Assembly: GCA_965217585.1 (NCBI GenBank)
Contig: OZ244561.1
Span: forward strand, 6,464,001 to 6,528,000
Length of the DNA: 64,000 nucleotides
Direction of reading: 5' to 3'
From: Candidatus Latescibacterota bacterium
GTDB lineage: Bacteria; Latescibacterota; UBA2968; UBA8231
Position 1 is the stretch's first letter. Each line of letters starts with the position of its first letter. Positions 28,519 through 38,384 of the stretch are shown here, piece after piece. The notes below the pieces were generated by a model that searched no databases, was not told the DNA's origin, and saw only the letters and a list, made by a program, of their open reading frames with translations. Made by a program: the position numbers and the translations under genes.

Positions 28519-29525
28519 TGCTGTCGGTCTATCCGCTGCTTAACCTCGGCGATGCGCTCTTCGTTCATGGCGACGGTGTGATTGTCCTCGGCGGAGAAAG
28601 TGCCTTGTGGATAATAAGGCTGTCTGTACAGGGGGTACGCCTCGCTGCGCAGGTGGGCCAAGGTGTGGTGGCCGTTGCGCCGCTTGCGAACGTGCCGCAA
28701 GGCACCGATATCGACCTCGGATACGACGATTTTTTCCCCTGGCCCCGGATCGGCTTGGGCGAGGATGCGGCCGTCGAAATCGACGACCATCGAGCCGCCC
28801 GGCCAAGAAAAAGGAGGATAGTGACTCAACTCGGCCCCTTGGTTGGCGGCGAGCACATACGCCGTATTTTCCAGGGCACGACAGCGATTGACCGTCGTCC
28901 ACCAATCCATCGGCGGCGTCGCACCCCAAGGGTCCATATAGGCCGAGACGCGGACGAGGATTTCAGCGCCGTGGGCCGCGAGCTGGCGCAGCGGCTCGGG
29001 AAAGAGCCAGTCGTAGCAAATCGCCGCGCCAATGCAGCCGATGGGCGTCTGGGCCACCGGGAACAGTTCTTCTTCGTAGTCGGCCAAGTCGTGGGGGCTG
29101 GTGTGGACTTCCCAAGGAATCCAAGGGTTGACCTTGCGGTACTTGTACCACAGCCCTTCCGGCCCGAGCAGGCAGGTTGTGTTGAACACCTTGCCCGGCC
29201 ATTGGGGATCCTCTTCGATAAAAGTGGCCGTTTGGATGTACACGCCTAATTCGCGGGCCTTTTCCGCCAAGCGGGCCGTGTGCTCGTTGGGAACGGGAAC
29301 GGTCAATTTGGCCAGCAAGCTCTTGGCGGTGGGATAGATCGGCGCGGCGTGGCCAAATTCGGGAAAGGCCAAGAGCTTGACGTCCATAAACGGCCCGTAG
29401 CCTTCAACGGCCATATCGACCATTTCGACCATGTGCGCGGTGTTGCGGGCCATTTCAGAGCGGTTGGTGGGATTGGGTTGGGAGACCTGACAGGCGGCCA
29501 CCCCGTAGCGCAATTCATCCCCCAT
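28515..29525 (-). CDS. Nitrilase / carbon-nitrogen hydrolase family
   Basis: FPE, YRK, ICYD catalytic triad motifs. Confidence 0.9.
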   Translation of the reverse strand: MGDELRYGVAACQVSQPNPTNRSEMARNTAHMVEMVDMAVEGYGPFMDVKLLAFPEFGHAAPIYPTAKSLLAKLTVPVPNEHTARLAEKARELGVYIQTATFIEEDPQWPGKVFNTTCLLGPEGLWYKYRKVNPWIPWEVHTSPHDLADYEEELFPVAQTPIGCIGAAICYDWLFPEPLRQLAAHGAEILVRVSAYMDPWGATPPMDWWTTVNRCRALENTAYVLAANQGAELSHYPPFSWPGGSMVVDFDGRILAQADPGPGEKIVVSEVDIGALRHVRKRRNGHHTLAHLRSEAYPLYRQPYYPQGTFSAEDNHTVAMNEERIAEVKQRIDRQQ

Positions 29526-30615
29526 GGGTTTTTCTCTTCGTCTTCCACACTTTGGGCGTTCCGCGCCGGTGCTCGATCAACTCGGCGACGACGCTGACCG
29601 CGATCTCGGCCGGGGTATCCGCCCCTATGTTGGCTCCAATCGGCGCAAAGACGGCGGCCAAGCGCTGCGGGTTTCCGCCGCGCTCGGCGATCCGCTGCCA
29701 CAAAATGAGTTTCTTACGCTCGCTGCCCAGCATCCCAATGTAGCGCGCCGGCGTCTTGATCGCCGCTTCGACGACGATTTCGTCGTGCTGGTGGCCGCGA
29801 GTGGCCGCGACGATGTAGGACTGGTCGTCGATGGGCAAATGGGCGAACACCTCCTCCATGCCGGCGACTAAGCACTCGTCGGCCTGCGGATGTCGCTCGG
29901 GATTGGCAAACGCTGGGCGGTCTTCAATGAGGACGACGCGGAAGCCCACGTTTTTGGCCAGCGCGCAAATCTGCCCGCCTACGTGGCCCCCACCGAAGAC
30001 GTAGAGCACGGGTTCGGGCAAGAACGGCTCGATAAATACTTCCGCGGCCTCTCCCAGCTCGGCGCTCGGGTCCAGCGCGCAGACTAGGCCGCGCTCGCGC
30101 CCGAGCACTTCGGGCAAGTGCTCCTCCACCTGGCGATCGGCTGCGGGCGTGCCCAGCGAGCCGCAGGTGCTGCCGTCGGCCCCTAGCCACAGCCGCCCCT
30201 CCCCAGCGGAGTCAAAACGGCGTTTGAGCAGGGTCGCCAGTGCGCAACCGCTGCGCGCCTGACGCGCCGCTAGCACTTGGTCATAGAAGTCGGTAGCTCC
30301 GTCCGGCTGGATGACTTCGGTGTAAATCCGCACGCTGCCGCCGCAATTTAAGCCACTCTCCCCGGCTTGTTTTTCCGTCATGGTGTAGCGCAGGAGTTGG
30401 TTTTCTCCGGTCTCTAGCGCGGTGCGGCCGGCGTTCAAGACCTCGGCTTCGAGGCATCCGCCGCCTATAGTGCCGACGACGGCCCCTTCTTCTGCAACGA
30501 TCATTTTGGCCCGCCCACTCATGGGAATCGAGCCGGTACTCCACACCAGCGAGGCCAACGCCATTCGCTCACCCCGGTCCTTGCGCCGGACAATTTCGCT
30601 GAGGATGTCGTCCAT
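29515..30615 (-). CDS. xdhC: XdhC/CoxI molybdoenzyme maturation factor
   Basis: GTIGGGCLEAEV, GLNCGG, FGGGHVG, TRGHQHD, GMLGSERK, ADTPAEIAVS. Confidence 0.9.
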   Translation of the reverse strand: MDDILSEIVRRKDRGERMALASLVWSTGSIPMSGRAKMIVAEEGAVVGTIGGGCLEAEVLNAGRTALETGENQLLRYTMTEKQAGESGLNCGGSVRIYTEVIQPDGATDFYDQVLAARQARSGCALATLLKRRFDSAGEGRLWLGADGSTCGSLGTPAADRQVEEHLPEVLGRERGLVCALDPSAELGEAAEVFIEPFLPEPVLYVFGGGHVGGQICALAKNVGFRVVLIEDRPAFANPERHPQADECLVAGMEEVFAHLPIDDQSYIVAATRGHQHDEIVVEAAIKTPARYIGMLGSERKKLILWQRIAERGGNPQRLAAVFAPIGANIGADTPAEIAVSVVAELIEHRRGTPKVWKTKRKTHGG

Positions 30616-30618
30616 AAT

Positions 30619-31224
30619 TTACTCTGGCCAGTGGTCCAGCTCGCGCTGGTAGTCGGCTGGCGTGTCCATGTCGATCAGGATAGCGGCCTCTGCCACAGGC
30701 AACTCGCACGTATCCTCGGGATGGCCCCGGGTCACCGCGTTCAATCCCACGTCCAGCGGCAATCCCAGAATTTCCGCCCGATAGGCGTTGCGGATCAATA
30801 CAGGATGACCCCTTCTGTCGCTGGCAGTGGGTATGATGATGCCCTCACTGACCTGGTTTCTCGCCTGCAAAACCTGCTCTACTACGGCTCCGCTCAGCCG
30901 GGGTTGATCCCCTAGGCAAATCAAGTAATCGGCTGCTTTATCCACGGCCCGCACCCCGCACTGCACCGAAGAGAGCATGCCCGTTTGATAGTCGGCATTG
31001 ACGACCCAACGGACTGGATAAGCGGCCAATACCGGGGCAATCTCCTCGGCGCGATGACCAAGCACCACCACCACCTCATCCAACCGGCGACCCACGACCT
31101 CGGCACTCCATTCGATGGCTGTCCGGCCCCCTAAGGGTAATAGCTGCTTGAGCGCGCCCATTCGGGTGGACATGCCCGCCGCCAAAATGATGCCGGCCAC
31201 CCGGCCTGTCTCATCTTCTCGCAT
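30619..31224 (-). CDS. Molybdenum cofactor cytidylyltransferase-like nucleotidyltransferase (MocA/YgfJ)
   Basis: ILAAGMSTRMG..KQLL, LGDQP, GHPVL, DMDTPADY; adjacent to xdhC. Confidence 0.85.
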   Translation of the reverse strand: MREDETGRVAGIILAAGMSTRMGALKQLLPLGGRTAIEWSAEVVGRRLDEVVVVLGHRAEEIAPVLAAYPVRWVVNADYQTGMLSSVQCGVRAVDKAADYLICLGDQPRLSGAVVEQVLQARNQVSEGIIIPTASDRRGHPVLIRNAYRAEILGLPLDVGLNAVTRGHPEDTCELPVAEAAILIDMDTPADYQRELDHWPE

Positions 31225-31263
31225 CTATCTCAATCTACGCCTACCGGCAAATCGCGCCAGTGC

Positions 31264-32499
31264 TCACGATCCCAACCGGCGACCAGCGAGAACGCCGCTA
31301 GCCCAAGCCCATTGAAAGTTAAATCCTCCCAAGTCGGCGTGAACGTCAATCATCTCGCCGGCAAAGTACAGGCCGGGCACCAAAAAGGATTCGAGCGTAT
31401 CGGGATTGATGTCCTCAGTGCTCACGCCCCCGATCGTCACTTCGGCGTAGTCAAAGGGCCTCGGGCCGCTGACCGCGATCGGCCAATTCGTCAGGCGCTG
31501 GGCAAGCTGCCAGCGCACGCCCTTGCCGAGCTGATCGACCCGCTGCGCCGCGTCAAACCCCAGATGGTCCAAGAGGGGCCGCACCAATTTGCTGGAAAGC
31601 AGGCCGGCGAAACTCAGCTCGAGCGAGCGATGGGGATGGCGCTGCCAACGCTCCTTGAGCAATTGACTGATCGCTTCCGGGCTACGGCCGGGGAAGAAAT
31701 TGACCCGGAGCAAGGTGCGCCGCGACCCCAACTCGGGCACCAAGCGGGCGCTGAGGTTTAATATGGCAAACCCGGAGACCCCGTATTTTGTGAAGAGCAA
31801 GTCGTCTGTATCAACGGCCTCGCGCCCTCCTTTGAGCGCAACGCGCACCTCGACCCGAACCTTAAGCCCCTGCATGCGGGCGACGTATTTTTCCGGGCTG
31901 ATTAGCGGCACCAACCCCGGCTTGAGGTCGGTGAGTCGGTGCCCCATGTCCACGGCCAAGTCCATGCCCGAGCGATCGGCCCCCAAGCGGGCGAGGCTGA
32001 TGCCGCCGCTGGCCAAGATCACGCGCGCTCCGGTATAGCACTGCCCTTCGGCGTCGTGCAGCTCAAAGCGAGACGAGCCGGAAACGCGGCCCATGCCCAC
32101 CACCCTAGCATTGGTTTCGACGCGGACGCCTAGGCAGCGCATGCGGTCCGCGAGCAAATCGACGACCGCCTGCGCTTGATCTGACATCGGAAAGAGGCGC
32201 TGCCGTTTTTCTTCGCGGAACTCGATCCCTAGATCGGCAAAAAACGCCAGGGTCTCCTCTAGGCGGAATTGGTCCAGCGCGCTGCGGACAAAGCGCGGAT
32301 GCGTGCCGTGGTAGTGCCTGAGGTCGTCCGCCGCCCTATTCGTCAGGTTGCAGCGACCATTGCCCGAAATCAATATCTTCCGCCCCAATTTTCCGCTGCC
32401 TTCGAGCAGGGTGACCCGCTCGCCCGCCTCAGCGGCGACAATGGCCGCTAGCATCCCGGCGGCCCCACCGCCGACCACTATGCTATCCCTTGATTTCAA
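31264..32499 (-). CDS. HI0933/YhiN-family flavoprotein oxidoreductase
   Basis: GGGAAG, GRKILISGNGRCNLTN, VTIGGV, GLYFAGE, GGFNFQWAWASG. Confidence 0.92.
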   Translation of the reverse strand: MKSRDSIVVGGGAAGMLAAIVAAEAGERVTLLEGSGKLGRKILISGNGRCNLTNRAADDLRHYHGTHPRFVRSALDQFRLEETLAFFADLGIEFREEKRQRLFPMSDQAQAVVDLLADRMRCLGVRVETNARVVGMGRVSGSSRFELHDAEGQCYTGARVILASGGISLARLGADRSGMDLAVDMGHRLTDLKPGLVPLISPEKYVARMQGLKVRVEVRVALKGGREAVDTDDLLFTKYGVSGFAILNLSARLVPELGSRRTLLRVNFFPGRSPEAISQLLKERWQRHPHRSLELSFAGLLSSKLVRPLLDHLGFDAAQRVDQLGKGVRWQLAQRLTNWPIAVSGPRPFDYAEVTIGGVSTEDINPDTLESFLVPGLYFAGEMIDVHADLGGFNFQWAWASGVLAGRRLGS

Positions 32500-32537
32500 G
32501 CTGGTTCCTAAATCACTAAAGCTATTATAAAAACAAT

Positions 32538-32611
32538 AAGATAGAACGGTTTTAACCCCTGGTCAAACCAATCGCCTTTAGCTTGACATGCCCTCGTTTA
32601 TTCTCTATGTT
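32538..32611. promoter_or_regulatory. Back-to-back sigma-70-like promoters in AT-rich spacer
   Basis: Plus strand TTGACA-17-TATGTT (32583-32611); minus strand TTGACC-17-TATCTT (32566-32538). Confidence 0.6.
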
Positions 32612-32657
32612 GTTTAACTTTGGAAAATATTAAAAACGCGCTGAGTCAGGATATTCC

Positions 32658-34988
32658 ATGACAGACCTCACAGGGGCGGCGACGGCTCCGGACGAGCAAC
32701 GGCTCGCGTCCGCTAGCCAGAGCCAATCCTCGATGTATCCCGCGCTCCACGAAGAAGTCGAAACCTCGATCCGCAAAGAGGGTATTTCCTTTGTCTTTGA
32801 AAGCCGCTCTGTCTCTGCCGTCGTCCAATTTATCTACACGCCAATTGATGGAACCTTCGCCGATATCGAGCTAGAAGTCAACAACAGCGACCCAATCAAA
32901 CCGGCCGAAGACGGCGGGATTGCCGTGGAAATGGGCGGCTCGATTTGGCCGGCTGACAGTGAAGAAGTAGAGCGGCACTTCATCTCCTGCGAGCAAGTCG
33001 GCGATTGCGTCGAGGCCCGCTGGCAGTGGAAGCTAGGGGAGGAACAAGCCAACTTCCTCTACCGGTTCCGCATCAGCGGCAAATCCCTCGTCGTGGAAAT
33101 CGAGGGCGGGCACGGCAAGGGCACCGGCCTCTCGCTCGGCCGAGTCACCGGGGCCTTACATCCGCGCCTGATCACAATCCCCTATTTCAACTTCGGCGAC
33201 AACTACCCGCGTATCCTCTGCACCGCGGGCTACTTCTTGTCTAGCTTCGTGGATTGGCACTACTCGCGTGCTTCCACCCTGTACGCCCCGCCCGAAGAAG
33301 AGTCTCAGCGCCTCGTCCAGCTCAACGGCGGCTGTAGCTACGCCAGCCAAGGCGACGGCAAGCGCAGCGATCTTCAGGAGCGCTGGCTCATAACCGTCTC
33401 CACCCAATACGAGGAAGTCCTCCCGGCCTTTTCCACGGCTGAGGCCGGGCAAAGTGAAACGCTAGCCGATTGGGCCTGGTACAACATCCCCTATATCGAC
33501 GCATCCCAAGAGAGCTACGTCGAGCTATACGAGAACATGCGCCTGCTCAAGCTGATGGGCGTTGATCACCTGCTGATCAACCACCCCAGTGAGACTTGGC
33601 ACGATGGCGACGGCGACGCCACGCTCGTAGTGGAAGGAGCCGAGGCTAAAGGCGGTGAAGACGCCCTTGGCGAGTACCTAGATGCCCTGTCCGATCTGGG
33701 CTACAAAGTCAGTCTCCAGGTCAACTATCGCCACATCGCTCCTACCAATCCCTGCTGGCGGCCCGAATTGGCGGCCCAACTCTCCGATGGCACCCCGACC
33801 CCGACCGGACCTGGGCTCTATTTGCTCAAGCCGTCCGAAGCACTGGCGCGCGCACCCGAACACGCGCGCACCATCATCGACAAATACCCCTGCGACGCGC
33901 TGTACGTAAGCGAACACGCCGAGGTCCCGCCTTGGGAATTCAACGACTTCAGCGACGACGCGTCAGCAACCGGCCACTTGGCGAGCAGCTATTCCCTGCA
34001 ACAGAGCGTCCTCCGCTCCCAAGCCCAAGCCGGCTTGGCCATCGGGAGCGGAGGCAACCACTGGTTCTACGCCGGCGTCCTGACTGGCCACCTCGCCCGC
34101 ATGGTCGGGGCCGACCCCAGCCGCATCCCGCCGCTGGTGGACTTCGACCTGCAAAACCTCCATACCATTGAGACCGACGCGGGTCTGGGCACCATCGACC
34201 AGTACTTTGCCGGGCACATCCCCCAAGGTGAGAAACACAACCGCAGTGCCTATCTCGACCGCTATCTTGCCGCTACCGCGGCCTTCGGCCACGCCTGTCT
34301 GCTCCCCGACCAGCTAGAATGGGGCATCGCGTCTACAGTCAAGTCCTATTACATGCTGCGCGAACTGCAAAAGCACTATCTCCGCGTCCCTGTTCGCTCC
34401 ATCGCCTACTGCCACAACGACCAGTTCTTGGCCACCAATGACGCGCTACTTTCCGGCGCCTTTGCCCAAGGACAGGTGCAGGTGACGTACGACAATGGCC
34501 TTGAAGTCTATGCCAACCTCGGCTGGGAACAGCCTTGGACCGTCCACCGGAGCGATGTGGCCTACCACCTTCCTCCAGGCTCGTTTTGCGCCTGGAAGGA
34601 CCCATCGCTGCTAGTCTATTCGGCCGACGCCGGCTCGGGACGCATAGACTACGCCTCTTGCGAGGACTATTTGTTCGTCGATACCCGAGGGCAACGGGGG
34701 CAATTTGGCCCTGTGGAGCTCGACGGCGCCGTCGCCATTAAAGAGCGCAAATGGGAAATTGACGTAGTGCCCTTTGCGTGCCAAGCCGATATAGTAATCG
34801 ACGTAGGCCAGTACTGGCCAGACCGCAAACTGCCCCCGTTGCGCCTTTTGGCCTTCAAGTCCGAGGACGAGGTGCCCGACATCTACCGGGCCGACATGGA
34901 AGGGGACCGCGTCCGCTTCAAACCGCTGGAGGATGTGGTCACCTATCGCATCGCCCTGCCCGAGTGGATGGTCGAACCCGGTCGCTAG
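32658..34988 (+). CDS. Large acidic hypothetical protein, weak resemblance to glycoside-hydrolase-like TIM-barrel proteins
   Basis: 776-aa ORF with native codon style and no signal peptide; family call is tentative. Confidence 0.6.
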   Translation: MTDLTGAATAPDEQRLASASQSQSSMYPALHEEVETSIRKEGISFVFESRSVSAVVQFIYTPIDGTFADIELEVNNSDPIKPAEDGGIAVEMGGSIWPADSEEVERHFISCEQVGDCVEARWQWKLGEEQANFLYRFRISGKSLVVEIEGGHGKGTGLSLGRVTGALHPRLITIPYFNFGDNYPRILCTAGYFLSSFVDWHYSRASTLYAPPEEESQRLVQLNGGCSYASQGDGKRSDLQERWLITVSTQYEEVLPAFSTAEAGQSETLADWAWYNIPYIDASQESYVELYENMRLLKLMGVDHLLINHPSETWHDGDGDATLVVEGAEAKGGEDALGEYLDALSDLGYKVSLQVNYRHIAPTNPCWRPELAAQLSDGTPTPTGPGLYLLKPSEALARAPEHARTIIDKYPCDALYVSEHAEVPPWEFNDFSDDASATGHLASSYSLQQSVLRSQAQAGLAIGSGGNHWFYAGVLTGHLARMVGADPSRIPPLVDFDLQNLHTIETDAGLGTIDQYFAGHIPQGEKHNRSAYLDRYLAATAAFGHACLLPDQLEWGIASTVKSYYMLRELQKHYLRVPVRSIAYCHNDQFLATNDALLSGAFAQGQVQVTYDNGLEVYANLGWEQPWTVHRSDVAYHLPPGSFCAWKDPSLLVYSADAGSGRIDYASCEDYLFVDTRGQRGQFGPVELDGAVAIKERKWEIDVVPFACQADIVIDVGQYWPDRKLPPLRLLAFKSEDEVPDIYRADMEGDRVRFKPLEDVVTYRIALPEWMVEPGR

Positions 34989-34992
34989 CGCT

Positions 34993-36024
34993 TTGTCCGA
35001 TCCGTCTGCCCCCTTTCTCCAAGCCTGTCGGGGCCAAGTGCCGGCGACTCCTCCCATCTGGATCATGCGCCAAGCTGGCCGCATCCTCAAGCCGTATAGA
35101 GAACTGCGCCAGCGGCACGGCTCGCTACTCACACTTTTCAAAACCCCCGAGCTCGCCGCTGAAATTACCCTCATGCCGGTCGATCTGCTCGGAGTTGATG
35201 CGGCCATTCTCTTTACCGACCTAGTGACGCCCTTAGAGGCGCTCGGCTGCGAGCTGGCCTACGCGCCCGGCCCGGTTTTCGCCCGCCCGATTCGCTCGGC
35301 TGCCGACATCGACGGCCTCCGCAACCCCGTCCCCGAGGACGACCTCGCCTACGTCTTAGAAGCCGCGCGGCTAGTGCACAACGCCCTGCCGCCAGCCGTC
35401 CCGCTCATCGGGTATGCCGGCGGGCCTTTTACCTTGGCCACTTGGCTAGTGGAAGGAAGCCATGCCAAGGACTTCCCCGCCTTTCGCCGCATGTTCCACA
35501 GCAACCCCGCTCTCGCCCACCGGCTACTCGACCTGCTCAGCGACCTCGTCGGCCGCTTCCTGCGCGCCCAGATCGAGGCCGGTGCCCAAGCCGTCCAAAT
35601 TTTCGACACTTCCATCGGTTTGTTGTCTCCGGCGCAATTCAACGAATTCGCCCTGCCCTATGTACAGCGGGTTTGCCGCAGCCTCGCATCGCTGAATGCT
35701 CCGGTCATTTACTTCCCGCTCGCCGGGGCGCAAAACCTGTCCTGCTTTGGCCGCGTCGGTGCCCACGTCCTGAGCCTCGATTGGCGGATCGACTTAGATG
35801 CGGCTTATAGATTGTTCGGGGATACCATGCCTTTACAGGGCAACCTAGATCCCTGTACCCTCTACGGCTCGGAGGCGGGCATTGCCGCTGCCGCCCAGTG
35901 CATTCTAGAGCAGGGCCGGGGTCGCCCTCACATCTTCAACTTGGGGCACGGCGTCTATCCAGACACGCCCTATGAAAAGGTCAAATTGTTAGTGGATGAG
36001 GTCCACCAGTTCGCGCAAACTTGA
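34993..36024 (+). CDS. hemE: Uroporphyrinogen decarboxylase
   Basis: PIWIMRQAGR, DAAILFTD, GGPFTLA, LQGNLDP, IFNLGHGV; likely TTG start 34993. Confidence 0.95.
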   Translation: MSDPSAPFLQACRGQVPATPPIWIMRQAGRILKPYRELRQRHGSLLTLFKTPELAAEITLMPVDLLGVDAAILFTDLVTPLEALGCELAYAPGPVFARPIRSAADIDGLRNPVPEDDLAYVLEAARLVHNALPPAVPLIGYAGGPFTLATWLVEGSHAKDFPAFRRMFHSNPALAHRLLDLLSDLVGRFLRAQIEAGAQAVQIFDTSIGLLSPAQFNEFALPYVQRVCRSLASLNAPVIYFPLAGAQNLSCFGRVGAHVLSLDWRIDLDAAYRLFGDTMPLQGNLDPCTLYGSEAGIAAAAQCILEQGRGRPHIFNLGHGVYPDTPYEKVKLLVDEVHQFAQT

Positions 36025-36037
36025 AAGGGTACGGCGG

Positions 36038-36274
36038 ATGGAAAGTATGGAAGGCAAAGAAAAAGGCATGACGCGGCGGCACACCTTTTTCTGTATCAAC
36101 AAAGACCGGCATACGGCTTCATCCAAGGTCATCGACGCCCAGCGCAAGGAGATCAGTGTCTTCGGTCAGCGGGTGCGCGGCTGGATCGTGACCACCGAAG
36201 AGCCGGTCATCGACAAGGGCATCTCTCTCGACGAATCAACGCAAGGCGCAATGCCCCACCGCGACCCGGAATAA
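36038..36274 (+). CDS. Small hypothetical protein
   Basis: Fills the gap after hemE with plausible composition (MESMEGKEK..VRGWIVTTEE). Confidence 0.6.
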   Translation: MESMEGKEKGMTRRHTFFCINKDRHTASSKVIDAQRKEISVFGQRVRGWIVTTEEPVIDKGISLDESTQGAMPHRDPE

Positions 36275-36286
36275 GGGCGCTAACCC

Positions 36287-36769
36287 TCAGCGCCCCCAAG
36301 AGAATTTGTTTTCCAACCAAGTGCCGATTTCCCGCGGCGGATCGTTCCACTTCTCACCTGGACCGAGAAATTGCCCGCGGACATCCTGGTTGGTGTCAAA
36401 GTCCGACCACAAGTCCGGGAACTCGTCGCGGATCAATGCCTCTACTTGGTCGCTTATGCCCTGCGCGTGGTAGGAAATCACATCGTCGGCTTCGCTCTTG
36501 CCCAGCTCTTCGGTCAGATGCTTGGCCATCCCGCTACTGGCGACAAAGGTAAATTCAATTGCCGAGTCTTCGGTCAGCTTTAGGTCGATGCGGTAGGCCG
36601 GATAGCTCAGTTTTAATCCCAATACGGACAGTTGTAACTGCAACCACTTGGCTTCGGTGACTTCGCGCGTGCTATTCAGGGTGGCCCAGTCCAATTCAGC
36701 CCTAACCACTAGGGGGCTTAACAGGACCAACGCGAGGAGCGAATATATCGCCGTGCGGCTCAATGGCAT
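36287..36769 (-). CDS. Exported hypothetical protein
   Basis: Signal peptide ending VRA, RBS GGAAAGG. Confidence 0.7.
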   Translation of the reverse strand: MPLSRTAIYSLLALVLLSPLVVRAELDWATLNSTREVTEAKWLQLQLSVLGLKLSYPAYRIDLKLTEDSAIEFTFVASSGMAKHLTEELGKSEADDVISYHAQGISDQVEALIRDEFPDLWSDFDTNQDVRGQFLGPGEKWNDPPREIGTWLENKFSWGR

Positions 36770-36819
36770 TGCACAACCACCTTTCCAAAAAACTGGAGCT
36801 AGCCCGACGGCCTACTCCC

Positions 36820-37338
36820 TCAAGCTGCGGAGGAAAAGTTCTCTTCGATAAAACGGACGATGTACCTAAACGACACCAAGCCAACCGGGCGATCGTCATC
36901 GTCCAACAGCGGCACGTGGCGGAAGCCGTGGATGCTCATCAAATGCAGGGCGTGCTGCACGGCCGCATCGGCTTTGAGCGCGGTAGGCCGCGGCGTCATT
37001 AGGCTCTCGACCGCGATCTGTTCCAGATTGCTGATCAAGCCCGCCACCCGATAGAGGATATCGCGCTCGGTAAATATGCCAATTAGCTGTCCGCTCTCGC
37101 CGGTCACCAACACGCAACCGACGTGCCGCTCCTTGAGCAGTGAGATGACCTCGGCCAACGAGGTGGTCGGCGACACGCAGACCATCTCCTGCGGATTGAG
37201 CGCGGAAAGCGGCTCGGTGAAAATTTCCTTAAACTCTCCGCTTCCCCAATCTTGGTACGCTTCACTCAGGCTCTGGCCGCACTCCTTGCAGAGGTCCACT
37301 CCAGAGATATTGTCGTGGGCACACGAAGGGCAAATCAA
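36820..37338 (-). CDS. Zinc-ribbon + CBS-pair protein
   Basis: TTG start after AGGAG; CPSC..CKECG; GIFTERD, FRHVPL. Confidence 0.88.
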   Translation of the reverse strand: MICPSCAHDNISGVDLCKECGQSLSEAYQDWGSGEFKEIFTEPLSALNPQEMVCVSPTTSLAEVISLLKERHVGCVLVTGESGQLIGIFTERDILYRVAGLISNLEQIAVESLMTPRPTALKADAAVQHALHLMSIHGFRHVPLLDDDDRPVGLVSFRYIVRFIEENFSSAA

Positions 37339-37349
37339 TGGCTCTTCTC

Positions 37350-38369
37350 CTATTCGACGACCCAAGTATCGCCCGTGCCAAACAGAGCTGCGAGGTCGCC
37401 CGCGCCCCGTTGTTGGGTCGTCGCGGCGATTTGGTCGAATAGCAACTCGGTATAGGTTGGCCTGTCGAGGGCACGCAAAACGCCAAAGGGCAGCGGCATC
37501 GACGGGTATTCCATCCGGCTGAGCATATAGGCGTAGCTGGCGTTTTCGCGCCCTTCGCGATGCACGACCAGCTCGTCTGGGGCCACGTCGTTGAACGCGA
37601 CGACTTCGGGCTCGGTGCCGTTCATGCGGATGCCTCGATCCCGATCCTTGCCAAAGACGAGGGGCTGTCCCTCTTCCAAAAACACGATATTATCGTCGCG
37701 CACGTCCGAATCCGTGGTGTGCTCCCAAGCCGTGGGATTGAGCACGACGCAGTTTTGGTAGATCTCGACAAAGGCCGCGCCCTTGTGTTCGGCCGCTCGT
37801 CTGAGCACGTAGCTCAGGTGCTTGGTATTGGTGTCCTGCGAGCGGGCGACAAAGGTCGCTTCGGCACTCAGCGCTACGGATATCGGATTGAGCGGATAGT
37901 CGATCGACCCCATGGGGGTGGACGTGGTGCGGTGTCCTAGCAGCGAGGTCGGCGAGTACTGGCCCTTGGTAAGCCCGTAGATGCGGTTGTTGAACAGAAT
38001 AATCTTCAGATCGACATTGCGCCGGAGGCTGTGCAGGAGGTGATTGCCCCCGATCGAGAGCCCGTCGCCATCGCCGGTGATGACCCAGACGCTCAAATCC
38101 GGGTTGGCCGTCTTGATCCCCGTGGCGATCGTGGGCGCGCGCCCGTGGATCGAGTGAATGCCGTACGTATTCATGTAGTAGGGAAAGCGGCTAGAGCAGC
38201 CGATCCCGGATACGAATACGATGTTTTCCCGCGCGATCCCCACTTCGGGCAGCATCCTTTGCATTTGGGCCAAAATCGCGTAGTCGCCGCACCCAGGGCA
38301 CCAGCGGACCTCTTGGTCGGAAACAAAATCTTTGCGGCTCAACCCAGTTTCTACAACGGCTTCGGCCAT
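37350..38369 (-). CDS. korB: 2-oxoacid:ferredoxin oxidoreductase beta subunit
   Basis: WCPGCGD, SGIGCSSR, HGRA, GDGD, YGLTKGQYSPT. Confidence 0.95.
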   Translation of the reverse strand: MAEAVVETGLSRKDFVSDQEVRWCPGCGDYAILAQMQRMLPEVGIARENIVFVSGIGCSSRFPYYMNTYGIHSIHGRAPTIATGIKTANPDLSVWVITGDGDGLSIGGNHLLHSLRRNVDLKIILFNNRIYGLTKGQYSPTSLLGHRTTSTPMGSIDYPLNPISVALSAEATFVARSQDTNTKHLSYVLRRAAEHKGAAFVEIYQNCVVLNPTAWEHTTDSDVRDDNIVFLEEGQPLVFGKDRDRGIRMNGTEPEVVAFNDVAPDELVVHREGRENASYAYMLSRMEYPSMPLPFGVLRALDRPTYTELLFDQIAATTQQRGAGDLAALFGTGDTWVVE

Positions 38370-38384
38370 CTCGATCTCCCTGCT

